From: Camelus dromedarius
Taxonomy: Eukaryota
Length of the DNA: 64,000 bases
Direction: 5' to 3'
Assembly (NCBI RefSeq): GCF_036321535.1
Contig: NC_087447.1
Span: 47,990,001-48,054,000 of the forward strand
Shown here: piece by piece, positions 13,118 through 25,260 of the stretch
Layout: every line of letters begins with the position of its first letter
Numbering within the stretch: position 1 is the first letter of the stretch
Program-made: the position numbers and the translations under genes
The notes under the pieces: generated by a model
What the model was told of the DNA's origin: nothing
The model's database searches: none
The model's input: only the letters and a program-made list of their open reading frames with translations

Positions 13118-13573
13118 TGTTGTTACAAAATAACACATTCATAGGCCATAATACAGATGAGGAAAAATAGCTCTCCTACCATAAGCTGAATGCAGGAACT
13201 GAAACTCTGTTGGATAGAAATGTTAGTTGAAATTACCACTAAGAATCTGTGCAAAGTAGTATACATTGCAGTTACAAAAACAATTTTTGTTTCAAAATAA
13301 CAGTTTCCTCCCAGGCTACACAAGAAACAGTGAATGCAGAGAATGCAAAGTACCTCTACCCTGGAGGGTGACAGACTTGCCATCCAGGAAAGTTCATGCA
13401 TCAAGTCGAGAGGCACCTCCTTGGATGCCATGACATCTTCCAGGCAGCTGACCCAGAAGCTGCCTGGAAGTGTACAAGTCCAAGCTCCTGCTCTTTGCTC
13501 ATCCATGCTAAGAATAGATTTCAATTCTCCCAAGCACTGCAGAGGACTTCACACATGACAGAGGCTTTATATG
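13118..13573 (-). pseudogene. Nested pseudogene exon 2 (456 nt, one net frameshift, stops at 13523-13521 and 13125-13123)
   Basis: acctttgcctcctctag|CA TAT AAA (phase 1) reads YKASVMCEVLCSAWEN*NLFLAWMSKEQELGLVHFQA. It then shifts into the ORF 13123..13533 frame (SFWVSCLEDVMASKEVPLDLMHELSW...ECVIL*Q). Donor CA|gtaaat, phase 2. Confidence 0.65.
13180..13206 (-). CDS. FAM168A: FAM168A alternative 27-nt microexon: (E)FQFLHSAY
   Basis: ccaacag|AGTTTCAGTTCCTGCATTCAGCTTATG|gtagga, symmetric phase 1/1. Encodes the EFQFLHSAY insert I recall from the longer FAM168A isoform. Confidence 0.88.
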
Positions 13574-14092
13574 CTAGAGGAGGCAAAGGTTCAGGGACAA
13601 TACCAACATTTTGGGCCTCTGAAGAGCCTTCTAAAGTCCTAGAGGGCTAGGACCAATGCAGAGGCATTTCATTCCCTGAAACCTCTGGGAAAGTGTGGTG
13701 CTGCAGGAAGGGCATAGACTGTGGGTCAGATTAGCTTTGAATCCCAGTTCCACCACTTTTTAGCTGTGCAACTTTGGACAAGTTATTTAACCTTTCTGGG
13801 CAAAACTGGAGGCAAGAAGCTCTAACTCACAAGACTATGATAAAAATAAGACAAGACTTACATAGTGTTTGAACATGGCAGGTGTTCAGAAAACACAAAT
13901 TCCTTTCCCACCCCTGCCCCAGGTTCATCATATGCAAAATGGGAATAATATATTTGTACTTTACAAGGCTGCTATGAAGTCAAGTGTGACAACAAATGAC
14001 AATGATTTATAAAGAGATTTTTTTTTGAGGCGGTATTTCATTTTTACCTATATTAGTTATCCTATTTATCCTTTCTCATCATATTAGAGTAC

Positions 14093-14507
14093 CATTAATA
14101 TGATACATCCTTTGACCTCCGGATTCTAAAAACAACTCTCTGTTGGATCCTGCCTCCTGGATCCTTGGAGTCAAACAGGTCTTAGATAAGATCCCCGAAG
14201 TCATTAAGAGTTTGGAAAAAAAGCTCCAAGTACCCACACTGTTTTCAGAATCAATGAAAAGAGTGAAATGATTCCCTGCATCCTGGACAGATGACATCTT
14301 AGGGTACTCAGAGCTGCTAAAAATAGCTCTTTCTGAAGCAACTTCTTGGTCTCCTTGAAGAAGTTGAGAGAAATTTAAACCTGAGAACCTGGCTCCTTTG
14401 CAGCCTTCTATCCTGCAGGCATCTCTTAGCATCACAAATAACTGGTTCTGGCAGGAAGCTGAAGAGTACCTACACTGTCCTCTCTGTCCTTGAGTCAGCT
14501 CCTCCAT
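14093..14507 (-). pseudogene. Nested pseudogene exon 1 (415 nt, open frame): MEELTQGQRGQCRYSSASCQNQLFVMLRDACRIEG...LFLESGGQRMYHIN
   Basis: Kozak context cctGCCATGGag, 138 open codons (part of ORF 14079..14573), donor AATG|gtactc (weak), phase 1. Confidence 0.72.
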
Positions 14508-17500
14508 GGCAGGAGCCCCACTGCAGTCAGGAGTCCTGGTAAGTGCAGAGGTCAGCCTCCTAGCATATGACACAGACCAGCTGTATGTATGTGTAACTCC
14601 AAAGGGAAAGGGATCTGCCCAAGGTCACATCAAAATCAGTAACATTGTTGGTGCTATAACCCCAGTCTTTCAACTCCCAGTTTGGGGCTTTCTGACACAG
14701 TGTGCTAATACCACCCTCTTTGGGGGACTGTGTGGATTTCTGAGAAAACAGTCTAGGTGTGTTTAGTCATAGCTTAGTTTCAAAACATGAAACTGGGGAA
14801 AATCAAGTTAGAGGTGGGTCGATACCTTGTGTGTTTCAAAATTAAAACTTAATCAGCACTTTATACATGCTAGGAGCTTTCCAATCTCTCCATCTGCCCA
14901 CCACCCAACAGTCTCAGGCTCCTCCTATCTGCTCTCCCTTCCCTCTCTGATCTGATTGCTCTAGTCTACCACCTCAATTTCTCTATGGCCAACTGCAACT
15001 ATAATGCAGTGGTTAAAAGTGCATATGGATGTGGTGGCAGGATGTCTGGGTTTGGATCCTTGGGTTAGCCCCCTAACTTCTCTGAGTTGTAGTTTCCCTA
15101 CTTGGGAAAATGGGAATAACAATAGTAATGACCTCAAAGGTTTCTTATGATATAAAACAAGTTAATATCCATACAGAGCTTAAAATAGTCCCGGGGACTT
15201 AGGAACCATTCAATAAATGTTATTTATTCCCTGCCCTTTCACCTTCTTACCAACTAACTCTAAAACAATTCCACAATCTATCACCAGAAGTTTTGAACAT
15301 TATGAAGACTATCCCAGTGCTGAAGATTAGAGCTTTGACAAATTTGGTCTCCACACTCAGTCAGGCCTCTCATGTTACAGGACTGTGTTACTGCTTGGTA
15401 GCTTCCTCTCCTACTTCTTCCAGTGAGGCTTTCAGACCTCAGTCCCTCTCGTTAAGAACCCTCCCTCAGCCTTGCTCACCTGTCTCAGTAAATCAAGATC
15501 ATTAAACTAGAACTCTCCACTTTCCAATTTATTCTAAGTACGTCCACCTGTGGCCTTTTGTTTAGTCTGAGAGGAAGAGTTGTCCTCCTATGTGAGGAAC
15601 CCCACTCTACCAGCTGCCCAAAACAAAGAAGAAAACCAAGCTCTGGGCTTCTCACCCCACTGCAGGCTCCTTGGAGGCCTGGCTCCATCTGATATCCCTT
15701 CTCCTGCTTCTCTGACTTGTCCTCTCCAATTGTTCCTTCTCATCAGTACTTATTAATCATATTCATATCCGGGGGGGAAAAAAAAAACCAACCCTCACTT
15801 AACCTCACCTCCTCTTCTAGTCAATGGCTTCTTGTTCTCCTTTCTCTTGTAGCCAAGCCTCTTGAAATTGTAGGCTCCATCTGCCAAATCTATTTCTTCA
15901 CTCCCAGCCTCACCTCACTGACTGCTTCTGCAGAGGTCACTCATGGCCTCCTGACTATGAAGACAATGCATCTTCTTCACCCTGGATCCTACCTGACCTT
16001 CTACAACTACTCATCTCATTAGGTTTTAGACTGGATAGTTTACCAAGCCAATCCACAGATCTCATAGTTTTTAGATTTAAATAATGTCTATATCATTTAA
16101 GATACTAGATAATCAAAACCACCATAGTTTTTAAAGTAGAACTTACCAAATTCGATTAAGACTTTTCAGAGAGAATTTCTGTAGCATTTATTGCTTCTGC
16201 CTCCTATTATAGGTTTTTTGGGAAATATATATCTCATTGATTAAAAGTGAATATAGAATGAAATATCAATGCTAAAATACTAGTATAGATTTTTCAGCCT
16301 GTGTGACACTGCTCCCCTCACAAGCTCTTTGAGGACCACAACCACAATTTTTTCAAGTTTAAATCACTGATGGTGTCTTCCAAAATGCCTCAGACATAGC
16401 AAGACCAAAACAAATGTCTGTGGAATAACACACCTCCGTAAGCACTTCAGGGATTAACAGCACTTACTCACATAAAATAGTTCTTGTCTGCTAAAAAAAA
16501 AAAAGAGGGGACTCATGATATGTGCATGCATAGGAGTGTAATATGATTATGGTATCATTCCTCTTAGAGAGGGGCAACTGAGGTTCACAGAGGTCAGGTG
16601 ACTTTAAGGTTACTAATCTAGGAAGTGACAGAGTCAGAACTCAAATCTAGGTCTTCTGATATAGCCCATGTTTGCCTCTCATTTAAACATCCCAGAAGAA
16701 AGGGAATGACAGTAGGAAGAGTACTGGATTGGCACAGAAAAGCACGAGAACAAGAGCCCAGAGATCTGCCAAGGGTTCTAGTTCATATGCTACTGATTCA
16801 CTGGGTGACTGGGACAAAACACTGCTTCTCTCTCGATCTCCCTTGTCAACAGACGGGTTGAACTGGAGGAGCTCTAGGGTCTTTTCAAGCTTTCCCATTC
16901 TAGAAGAATAATTACTAAGTGAGAAAATGAGGGTATTATCATGACATCCAAGGCCTTTCCAAAGCTGGCCCTTGAATACCTGTAGTCCAGATTCATCTAT
17001 TACGCACCACCTCCCAATCAACAGTCTATGCTTCAACCATTCTCACCACTTCTCTAGGTTCTTCAGTGTCATTTCTTCACATCTCCATGCCTTTGCCCAG
17101 GCTCTATTCTGCCCAGAATGCTCAACTCTTTTTTGTAGGCTTAAAAGAATGCTTCTTACTCCTCCCTCAAATCTCCACTGCTAGGTCCTCTGTGAAGACT
17201 CCCCTGTACTTTGAACCTCAGGCAGACTGTTGTACCCTCCTCCGCTTCCTCTTTTCTTGTATGTATTCCTTTTCCAATACACATTACACTGCACAGTCAT
17301 GAATTTGTTTATATACCAGCTCCCAAATGGACTGTAAGCTACTTAAGGCAAAGATAACATCCTTCATTTTTTTTTTTCCATTCTAGTGTGGAGGACAGTC
17401 AACAAACACCTGAGTAAATGAAGAGGAAGTTAACATAAAAGCATCTACAACCGTAAGGCAGGTAGAATATTTCTCAGAGAGGTGAGGTAACTTGTCCAAA

Positions 17501-18193
17501 GCCTCACAACTAGTGATTCGAGTAATCAGGATTCAAACCCAGGACTTACAAACTGCAGAACCCATACTCTTTCTTCTGCCCCTTGAGTGTTAAAGCACCA
17601 GCTGAGCGTGGAGGGTAAGATTAATGGTAAGACCTCTGCATTGCTCCCAAACTGAGACAAACTTTAATACTTTCAAATCTATTTCAACCTCTATCCAAGG
17701 AGTGTTGGGTCTTTATGATTTTTGAAAAATAAGTTTCTTGCTTTAGCTTGAAAACCAGTTCTTTATTCTCTGGTAGCAAGTCTCTCACTCTCTTCCACAT
17801 CCAAAAGTCTGCTCTGCGTGTCTGTGTGTGTGTGTGTCTGTCTATCTCAAAAGCAGCCTCAGGGGAAACTAAGAAAAAAATGGACGTGGACATTGTTTGG
17901 AAGAACAGAAAAGGTTCTGTAAAGAGGATGCATGTCTTAGATATTCCAGCAGAGGAAAGAGGCCAACTTTAAGTCCCAAGGAGAAAGGAGGAGATTCTAT
18001 TCTCACTCCAGCCTGGAGGCTTAACAACCCCAGTTCCCAGAGAGGACTCCCTGGAGAATCAAGTGTGGGTAGACAGGCTAAGCCCAGAGCAATTAAGGAC
18101 TTGGAAAGGTCAGCAGGTGTTTTGTGGGTTTTTTTCCAAATAGAGCCCCACCTCCTATCCCACTCACCACTGCTGTCTCCATTTTCTCCTTAC

Positions 18194-18274
18194 CTGGAGC
18201 ATAACTTGGGCTATTGGTGGGGTACAGGCTGGGATTGTAGGCAGGGGCGGCTGCTGGATAGGCTGTGGGGTAAC
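18194..18274 (-). CDS. FAM168A: FAM168A exon, 81 nt: (G)[26 protein letters not shown]
   Basis: ttttcatag| acceptor and |gtaagg donor, phase 1/1. The peptide is visible in ORF 18093..18437 and matches FAM168A. Confidence 0.97.
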
Positions 18275-18658
18275 CTATGAAAAGGAAAAAAGCTCCATTT
18301 AGTTGAGCAAGAAGAAAACCCAATTTCTGAGCAAATGGAATCCAAGTCCCAGGCTTGCCCTTAAAGCCTCTTCGTGGGCCATTTCCACAGTATATGTGAC
18401 TCGCTTTTAGCCTCTCGAGAAAAATCACCAATACCACACCCCCAGCATATACACATTTTTCTAATTTTTAAAAGCAGTACAAGAACTATATGACTATATG
18501 CTCACTGTAAAAGAAAAAAAAAAAAAAAGAAAGAATCACTATACAAGTATATATGGTAAAAAAAAGGAAATTTACTTTCACATTCTTGATACATTACTCT
18601 CCTCCCCAGGCAACTATGACTCCAAAAAGCTTTCTGTGTATTTTTATACACATACGTT

Positions 18659-18852
18659 CAGTGATGTGCTGGTAAATATTAAAACAGGCTAGAGGGGACT
18701 GAGGTGGAGCCGTATTTGCAGCATTTGCCAAGTTCTGTGGTGTAAATATTCACACCATGGCTAATTTCAAGCTACCAATATCACTGAATTGAGAGGAGAT
18801 GCTCATTATTGGCTCTCAAGAGCCCACACAAGCCTGATCCAGTTCATCACTG
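18659..18852. mobile_element. MER63-like hAT (Blackjack) MITE
   Basis: Terminal inverted repeats cagtgatgtgctgg / ccagttcatcactg. Confidence 0.7.
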
Positions 18853-18878
18853 CATATTATATATGGAGTTTTGGGGAA

Positions 18879-20068
18879 TTTTTTAATTGTGACAAAATAC
18901 ATATAACATAAAACTGGTGATTTTAATCATTTTAAGTGTAAATTCAGTGGCATTAAATACATTCACAATGTTGGGCAACCATCCTCACTATCTGTTTCTA
19001 AATCTTTTTAATCAAACAGAACTCTATAACCATTAAGCAATAACACCCCAATCCCTCTTCCCATAACCCTTATTAACTTCTACTCTACTTTGTCTCTATG
19101 AGTTTGCCTTTTCTAGATATTTTATATACATGGAATCAAACACCATATATCCTTGTGTCTGATTTTTTTCACTTAGCCTAATTTTTTCAAAGTTTATCCA
19201 TGTTTTAGCATGTATCAAAACTTCACTCCTTTAGATGGCTGAGTAATATTCCATTGTGAGTATATGCCATATTTGGTTTATTCATTCATCTGTTTGATGG
19301 ACACATGGGTTATTTCCACCTTTTGGATATTTTGAATAATGCTGCTGTGAACACAGATATACAAGTATCTGAGTCCGTTTTCAATTCTCTTGGGTATATA
19401 CTGAGGAGCAGAATTGTTATGTTATATGGTAATTATATGTTTAGCTTTTTGAGGAACCACCGAACTGTTTTTCAGTGGCTACACCATTTTACATTTCCAC
19501 CAGCAGTGCATGATGGTTCTAACTTTTACATATCCTTGTCAACACTTGTCATTTTCTGGTTTTTTGATTATAACCATCCTAACAGACATAAAGTGGTATC
19601 TCTCTGTGGTTTTGATGTACACGTCCCTAATGATTAATGATGATGAACATCTTTTCATGTGCTCACTGGTCATTTGGGCATCTCTTTGGAGAAATGTCTA
19701 TTTGAAACATCTGTCTATTTAAAAAACTGGGTGGTTGTTTTGTTGTTGAATTCTAGGACTTTTTAATATATTCTGGATATTAAACCTTTATCAGATATAT
19801 GATTTACAAACATTTCCTCCCATTCTGTGGGTTGTCTTTCACTTTCTTGACAATGCCTTTGATGCACAAAATTTTAAAATTTTGATTAAGTCCAATTTAT
19901 CAATCTTTTTCTTTTGTTGCTCATGTTTTTGGTGTCATATCTAAGAATCCACTGCCAAATCCAAGGTCATGAACATTTACCCTATATTTTCTTCTATGCG
20001 TTTTAATGGCTTGGGCCCTTATACTTGTATCATTGATCCACTTTTGTATATGGTGTGAAGTAAGGGTA
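18879..20068 (-). mobile_element. Old L1M (L1MB-like) 3' region
   Basis: Antisense L1 ORF2 C-terminus and 3'UTR motifs (tttttgaggaaccaccgaactg, catttccaccagcagtg). Confidence 0.85.
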
Positions 20069-20161
20069 TATGTAGTTTTAAATTCTACTTTTTCACTTTA
20101 ACATTATAAGCATTTTTGCATGTAATTACACATTCTTCAAGACAGTTTAAAATATCTTTAT

Positions 20162-20300
20162 GGGGGGAGGGCATAGCTCAAGTGGTAAAGAGCATGCTTA
20201 GCATGCACAAGGTCCTGGGTTCAATCTCCAGTACCACCTCTAAAAACAAACAAATAAACAAACCTAATTATCCCCCAATAAATAAATAAATAATAAACAA
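20162..20300 (+). mobile_element. tRNA-derived SINE, Vic-1-like (camelid)
   Basis: Head ggggagggcatagctcaagtggta...ggtcctgggttcaatc with A and B boxes, followed by an A-rich tail. Confidence 0.85.
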
Positions 20301-20704
20301 ATGTGTTTATAATAGTCCATTAGGTAGATAACCATCACTCTGTTTTTATATGTTTAGGCTGTTGGCAAATTTTCATGATTATAAAGCAAGCTATGAGAAC
20401 AACGTAAATAAACCTTTGGCTGCATTTCTGATTAGGTTTTCAGGAATCAGTTCTAGAAGTGAGCTTTCAAGGTCAAAAGACAGTGCTATTTTTAAAGCCC
20501 ATCCATTCACAGTGACAGACACTGTGATTGCTGCCCTTGTGGAGCTTATACTTTAAGAGGGTAGGAGAAGGCAGTGGATAAATAGTAAATATAAACACAG
20601 TGCTATGGAAAAGAGAAAAATGGCAGGGTAAAGGGCATCAGACATGCCAGAATGTTGCAGGGAGGGCATTGCACTATTAGAATAACCAGTATAAGATACA
20701 TTGA

Positions 20705-21494
20705 AAACGATAAATGCTGGAGAGGGTGTGGAGAAAAGGGAACCTTCCTACACTGTTGGTGGGAATGCAGTCTGGTGCAGCCATTATGGAAAACAGCATG
20801 GAGATTCCTCAAAAAACTAAAAACAGACTTACCATATGATCCAGCAGTCCCACTCCTCAGCATATATCAGAGGGAACCTTAATTCAAAAAGATACTTGCA
20901 CTCCAATGTTCATAGCGGCACTATTTACAATAGCCAAGACGTGGAAACAACCTAAATGTCCTTCAAGAGATGACTGGATAAATAAGTTGTGGTATATTTA
21001 TACAATGGAATACTACTCAGCCATAAAAAGAATAAAATAATGCCATTTGCAGCAACATGGATAGACCTGGAGACTATCACTCCCAGTGAAGTAAGCCAGT
21101 AAGAGAAAGAAAAATATCATATGATACCACTTATATTTGGAATCTAAAAAAAAAGACAAATGAACTTATTTACAAAACGGAAATAGACTCACAGACACAG
21201 AAAACAAACTTACAGTTACGGGGGTGGGTAGGGGTGGGAAGGGATAAATTAGGAGTTCAAGATTTGCAGATACTAACTAATATATATATAAAATAGATAA
21301 AGTTCATACTGTATAGCACAGGGAACTATATTCAGTATCTTGTAGTAGCCTATGGTGAAAAAGAATATGAAAACAAATATATGTATGTTCATGTATGACT
21401 GAAGCATTATTCTGTACACCAGAAACTGACACACTGTAAACTGATTATACATCAATAAAATATATATATATACATACAAAAAAAAAAAAAAAAA
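20705..21494 (+). mobile_element. L1 3' fragment (ORF2 C-terminus, 3'UTR, poly(A)) inserted into an L2-like remnant
   Basis: ORF 20652..20882 contains [36 protein letters not shown]. Poly(A) at 21478-21494. Confidence 0.9.
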
Positions 21495-22679
21495 GAACCA
21501 GAGCTTAAAAAAAAAAGACACATTAAGAAAGTAAGATTTCCACAAAAACTTGAAGGAAATAAGAGTTAACCAAGCAGATGGCTGAAGGAACAGTATTTCA
21601 GATGAAGGTAACAGTCAGTACAAAGGCCCTAAGCTAGGAGTATAAGGGAGATGTCTGAGGAAGAGCAAAGAGGCCAGCATGGTTGAAGTGGAACAAGTGA
21701 GGGGGGAAAGTAGTAGCAAACAAAGTCAGAGAGATAAAAGGCTCGTCAATTCATGTAGGGCCTTACGGCTTCTGGAAGGACTTTGACTTTTACTATGAGT
21801 GAAATGAGAAGCCATCACAGGGTTTTGAGTAGAATAGTAACATGATCTGACTTATGTGTGAAGAGTCACTCTGACTGTTTTGTTGAAAAGAGACTACAAT
21901 GGGGGAAGAGTAGAGAAGCATGGAGACCAGTTAGGAGGCTACTGCAAACTCCTAGCAATAGATGATGGGGATAAGATCAGGCCAACAGCAGCAGAGATGA
22001 GACGTAACATGGTATCATGCTGCTTTCTAGGAAGACTATCAATCTGTATTCATACTAGCAGTGTGTAAGTGCCTGTCTCACTGCTTCCTGCAGTTTTTAA
22101 ATGCTCATTGGTTTTTGACTGACAATGGAAAGCTGATTTTAAAAGTCAAAGATTAAATCCCTAAATCCCTAAAAGCTTCTTTGGGATTTGTAAATATTGA
22201 GCTTTAATAATGTATCTTTGTTAATATGCTGTTCCCTAAATCCTTTCCAACTCCAAAGAAAATTCATCTCTCTTTACCCTCCAGTCATTTTCTGATTTCA
22301 GAACTAAGGCAGGTAACCTGTTGTCACTTAATTAGCAATATGGAGGCCTGTCACTTCTCAAGGAGAGTCAGGGGTTTAATCTGGGAAGCCAAATGATCCG
22401 GTCTCATGGCTGAAATTTGTATTCAGTTTCCTGTGAGATTACAGCCAAGGGTAATCACACCCCAATTATGTCATTTCAGATGTCTTTTACTTTAGTGGCA
22501 ATTACAGGATCTTCCTTCAATGTTTCCAAGTAGAATTATTCTACATTCACTTGAATTTGGCAAGTATCACAGAATGGCAGCATTAGAAAGAGCCCTCTTC
22601 ATTTTCTTGATGACATCCTCAAGCTGAGAAAAAGGAAGGGAGTTAGGGTCACAGATTACTGAGGTTAGAAGCAACTTGT

Positions 22680-22820
22680 GGGGAGGGTCTAGCTCAAGTG
22701 GTAGAACGTATGCTTAGCATGCAGGAGGTCCTGGGTTGAATCCCCATTACCTCCTCCAAGAATAAATAAGTGAATAAACCTAAATACCTACTCCTCCAAA
22801 AAAAAAAACAAAACAAAACC
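22680..22820 (+). mobile_element. tRNA-derived SINE, Vic-1-like
   Basis: Same head as the 20162 copy, plus aataaacctaa body and A tail. Confidence 0.85.
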
Positions 22821-24399
22821 CCACAACCACCACCAAAAAACACACACACACAGAAAAGCAGCACCTTAAAGGCCATTCGGTCCACCCTCACATTTGAGGC
22901 TAGGGCTCCACTACAACACACTCATGGTATCATTTATCCCAGCCCTCACACCTCTACTGAAAATGGACTCTTTCCTTTCCTGAGATACATACCCTCCCCA
23001 ATCCTGCCATGAGACTGCTCTGATTGTCTGAAAGGGACTTCTCATACCTCACCGAACTCTATCTTGTATCTTCTACCCTTTAGAAGAGCAAATTTTTGAA
23101 GACACATACATCCCCAACTACAGAACTTATCACATGGCACTTCAATGGTTTGTTTACATTTCCTGTCCTGTCTCCTTCCCTCAAATTGTAAGCTCCTTGA
23201 AGGCACAGCTATATCTCATTTGCCTGTACACAACAGCTCTTGATCAGTTCCTCTCTCCCACTCCCTGAACACACCACCACCACCACCACTTTCTCCTCTC
23301 AGCCTAGACAGCAAGCATGTGAGCTTCTCAAACACAGAGTGGTGATGAATAGTCTGTCTGGCCAGAAGAGAATACCCCTTTCCCAACTTCAACTTTCCCT
23401 GTCCAAAAGGGGAATCATAAGTAAGCTGAGCTTTCTCCCTACCACTTTCTTGGTTTTGTTTTGCTTATTTTGTTTCTTTGTTCCCAACTGATATTGATCA
23501 TCTTGCTGCTTCTGTTGATGCTGCTGCTGGTAGCTGTAGTGCCTAGTACCATAAGGCAGAGAATAGGTACTCAATGAAGAGATTACCCAGCGGGTTGTAT
23601 TCTGGAGCTATGAAAGGTTTAAAAACAAAAGCAATCCAACAGGATCCCTGGCCTTGAGAGCATCACCAGCTAATAAGGGAGAAAGGTAAGTGGACAGTTA
23701 GAATATGGCCTGAAAAGTGTTATGACAAGGATATAGTGTGAGCAAAGAAGGAGCCTTTACGAACCAAGATTTACATAGTACCTGCTGTCTGCCAGGCATT
23801 ATACTGGGCACTAGGTGTCCCTGGATGTGGACAAAAAAGGGGAGAAAGAACATCCAGACAGAAGGATGAAGGGGATCGTTTTGGGGGCATCCATAAGTGG
23901 TTTGGCTTGCACCCGCCTTAGCTCTAACAAGCAGGGCAGACGGGTTAACCACATCTGAAAGGGTAGGTTGCTTTTTAGGGCTTGATCTCACCATTTTGTC
24001 TTCTTGTGACCATATCTCCCTTTATGGTCATTGGCCCTAACTTACCTTCTAGTTTCATCTTTCTACTGACTATGCCCGAGTTTCATACTGCTAGACTGGA
24101 CTTCTCTCCTGAACTCCTAACTCACATAGTATCTATCTGCCTACTCAACGTCTCCACTTGGATGTTTGCTAGACATCAAGGCTATAAGGTAGACTGGCTA
24201 AGAGCGTGGTCCCTGGAGCTAGATCTAACTTTAGGTTTGAACTCCAGAAACACCACTAACTGTGTTATCTTGGGCCAATTACTTAACCTCTCTATGCTTT
24301 AGTTTTCCCATTTGTAAAATGGGACTAATAATATTATAATAGGTTGCTTAAGTATTAAATTAGTAAGACCTCGAAGCACTAGGAGCCAGGCAAATAGTT

Positions 24400-25260
24400 C
24401 AGACTTCAAAAAGTTAGCTATTATTATTTCGAATTTATGATATTCAAAAACAAATATTTGCTTTCTATCTTCCCATTCCCTTCCAAACCTGTTCTTCAAG
24501 CTTCTCCACACCAGTAAATGACAATTCATTCTTCTAGCTCCTCAGGCCAAAAACCTCAGAGTCATTCTTGACTCTATTCTTTCTCTCCTATCCACATCTT
24601 ATCCAGCAAAATCTTTTTCATCTATCTATCCATCTTATTCAGCAAATCTTTTCAGTTCCACCTTTAGAATACATTCAAAATCTGACCATATATCTTGTTG
24701 CCTACATACTTTCTATCCTAGTCCAAGTCATCATTTCTCACCCAGATTATTTCAACAGCTTCTTAACTGGTCTCTGCTCCTACCTTCCACCCTGAGCAAT
24801 TTCCCACAGCAGCCAAAGCTATCTTTTAAAACATTAAATCAGATCATAACACTCCTCTCTTTAAGCCCCACAGTAGCTTATTCCCATGACAATCACAGTG
24901 AAATCCTTTTAATGACCCACCCAGACTTTAGCTACCTCTCTAACCCCTTCTCCCACTACTTGCCCCCACACTGATTTACTCCAGCCACAATGGCCTCCTT
25001 GCTGTTTTTCAAATGTGTCAAGCACCTTCCCATCTCAGAGCCTTTACCCTTTCTGTTCTCTCCCTTCTGGTACTCTATTCAAAGGTCATCTTACATTCTT
25101 TCTATTTGGTACTGTTTTAGAAAGTAATCAACTTTGATTACTCTCTATGTTCCTTATCCGGCTTTGTTTTCCTTCACAGCAGTTAATAATCTGACATACT
25201 AGATATTTACTTGTTTATGGGAGACTGCCTACCTCCCACCACTAGAATGTAAGCTTCAAG
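24400..25260 (+). mobile_element. L2 remnant
   Basis: L2 3' motifs (ctcaggccaaaaacctcagagtcattcttgac, ccactagaatgtaagctt). Boundaries approximate. Confidence 0.7.

Larger units (their letters stand above)
8428..14507 (-). pseudogene. Nested, unprocessed seven-exon pseudogene of an unidentified protein of about 930 codons, on the same strand as FAM168A
   Basis: Reconstructed exons are 14507-14093, 13573-13118, 12899-12619, 12087-11987, 10542-10085, 9713-9046 and 8838-8428 (2790 nt in total). All introns are GT-AG with compatible phases. Start is GCCATGG and end is TGA. Many internal stops and two net frameshifts. Recognisable MIR/L2/L1 fragments fall in the inferred introns, not the exons. 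Confidence 0.8.

Noticed and set aside
20162..20235. tRNA-like sequence, also at 22680, 39903 and 47327
   Set aside because: It has A and B boxes but is followed by a shared body and A-rich tail in four dispersed, diverged copies. These are SINEs, not tRNA genes.
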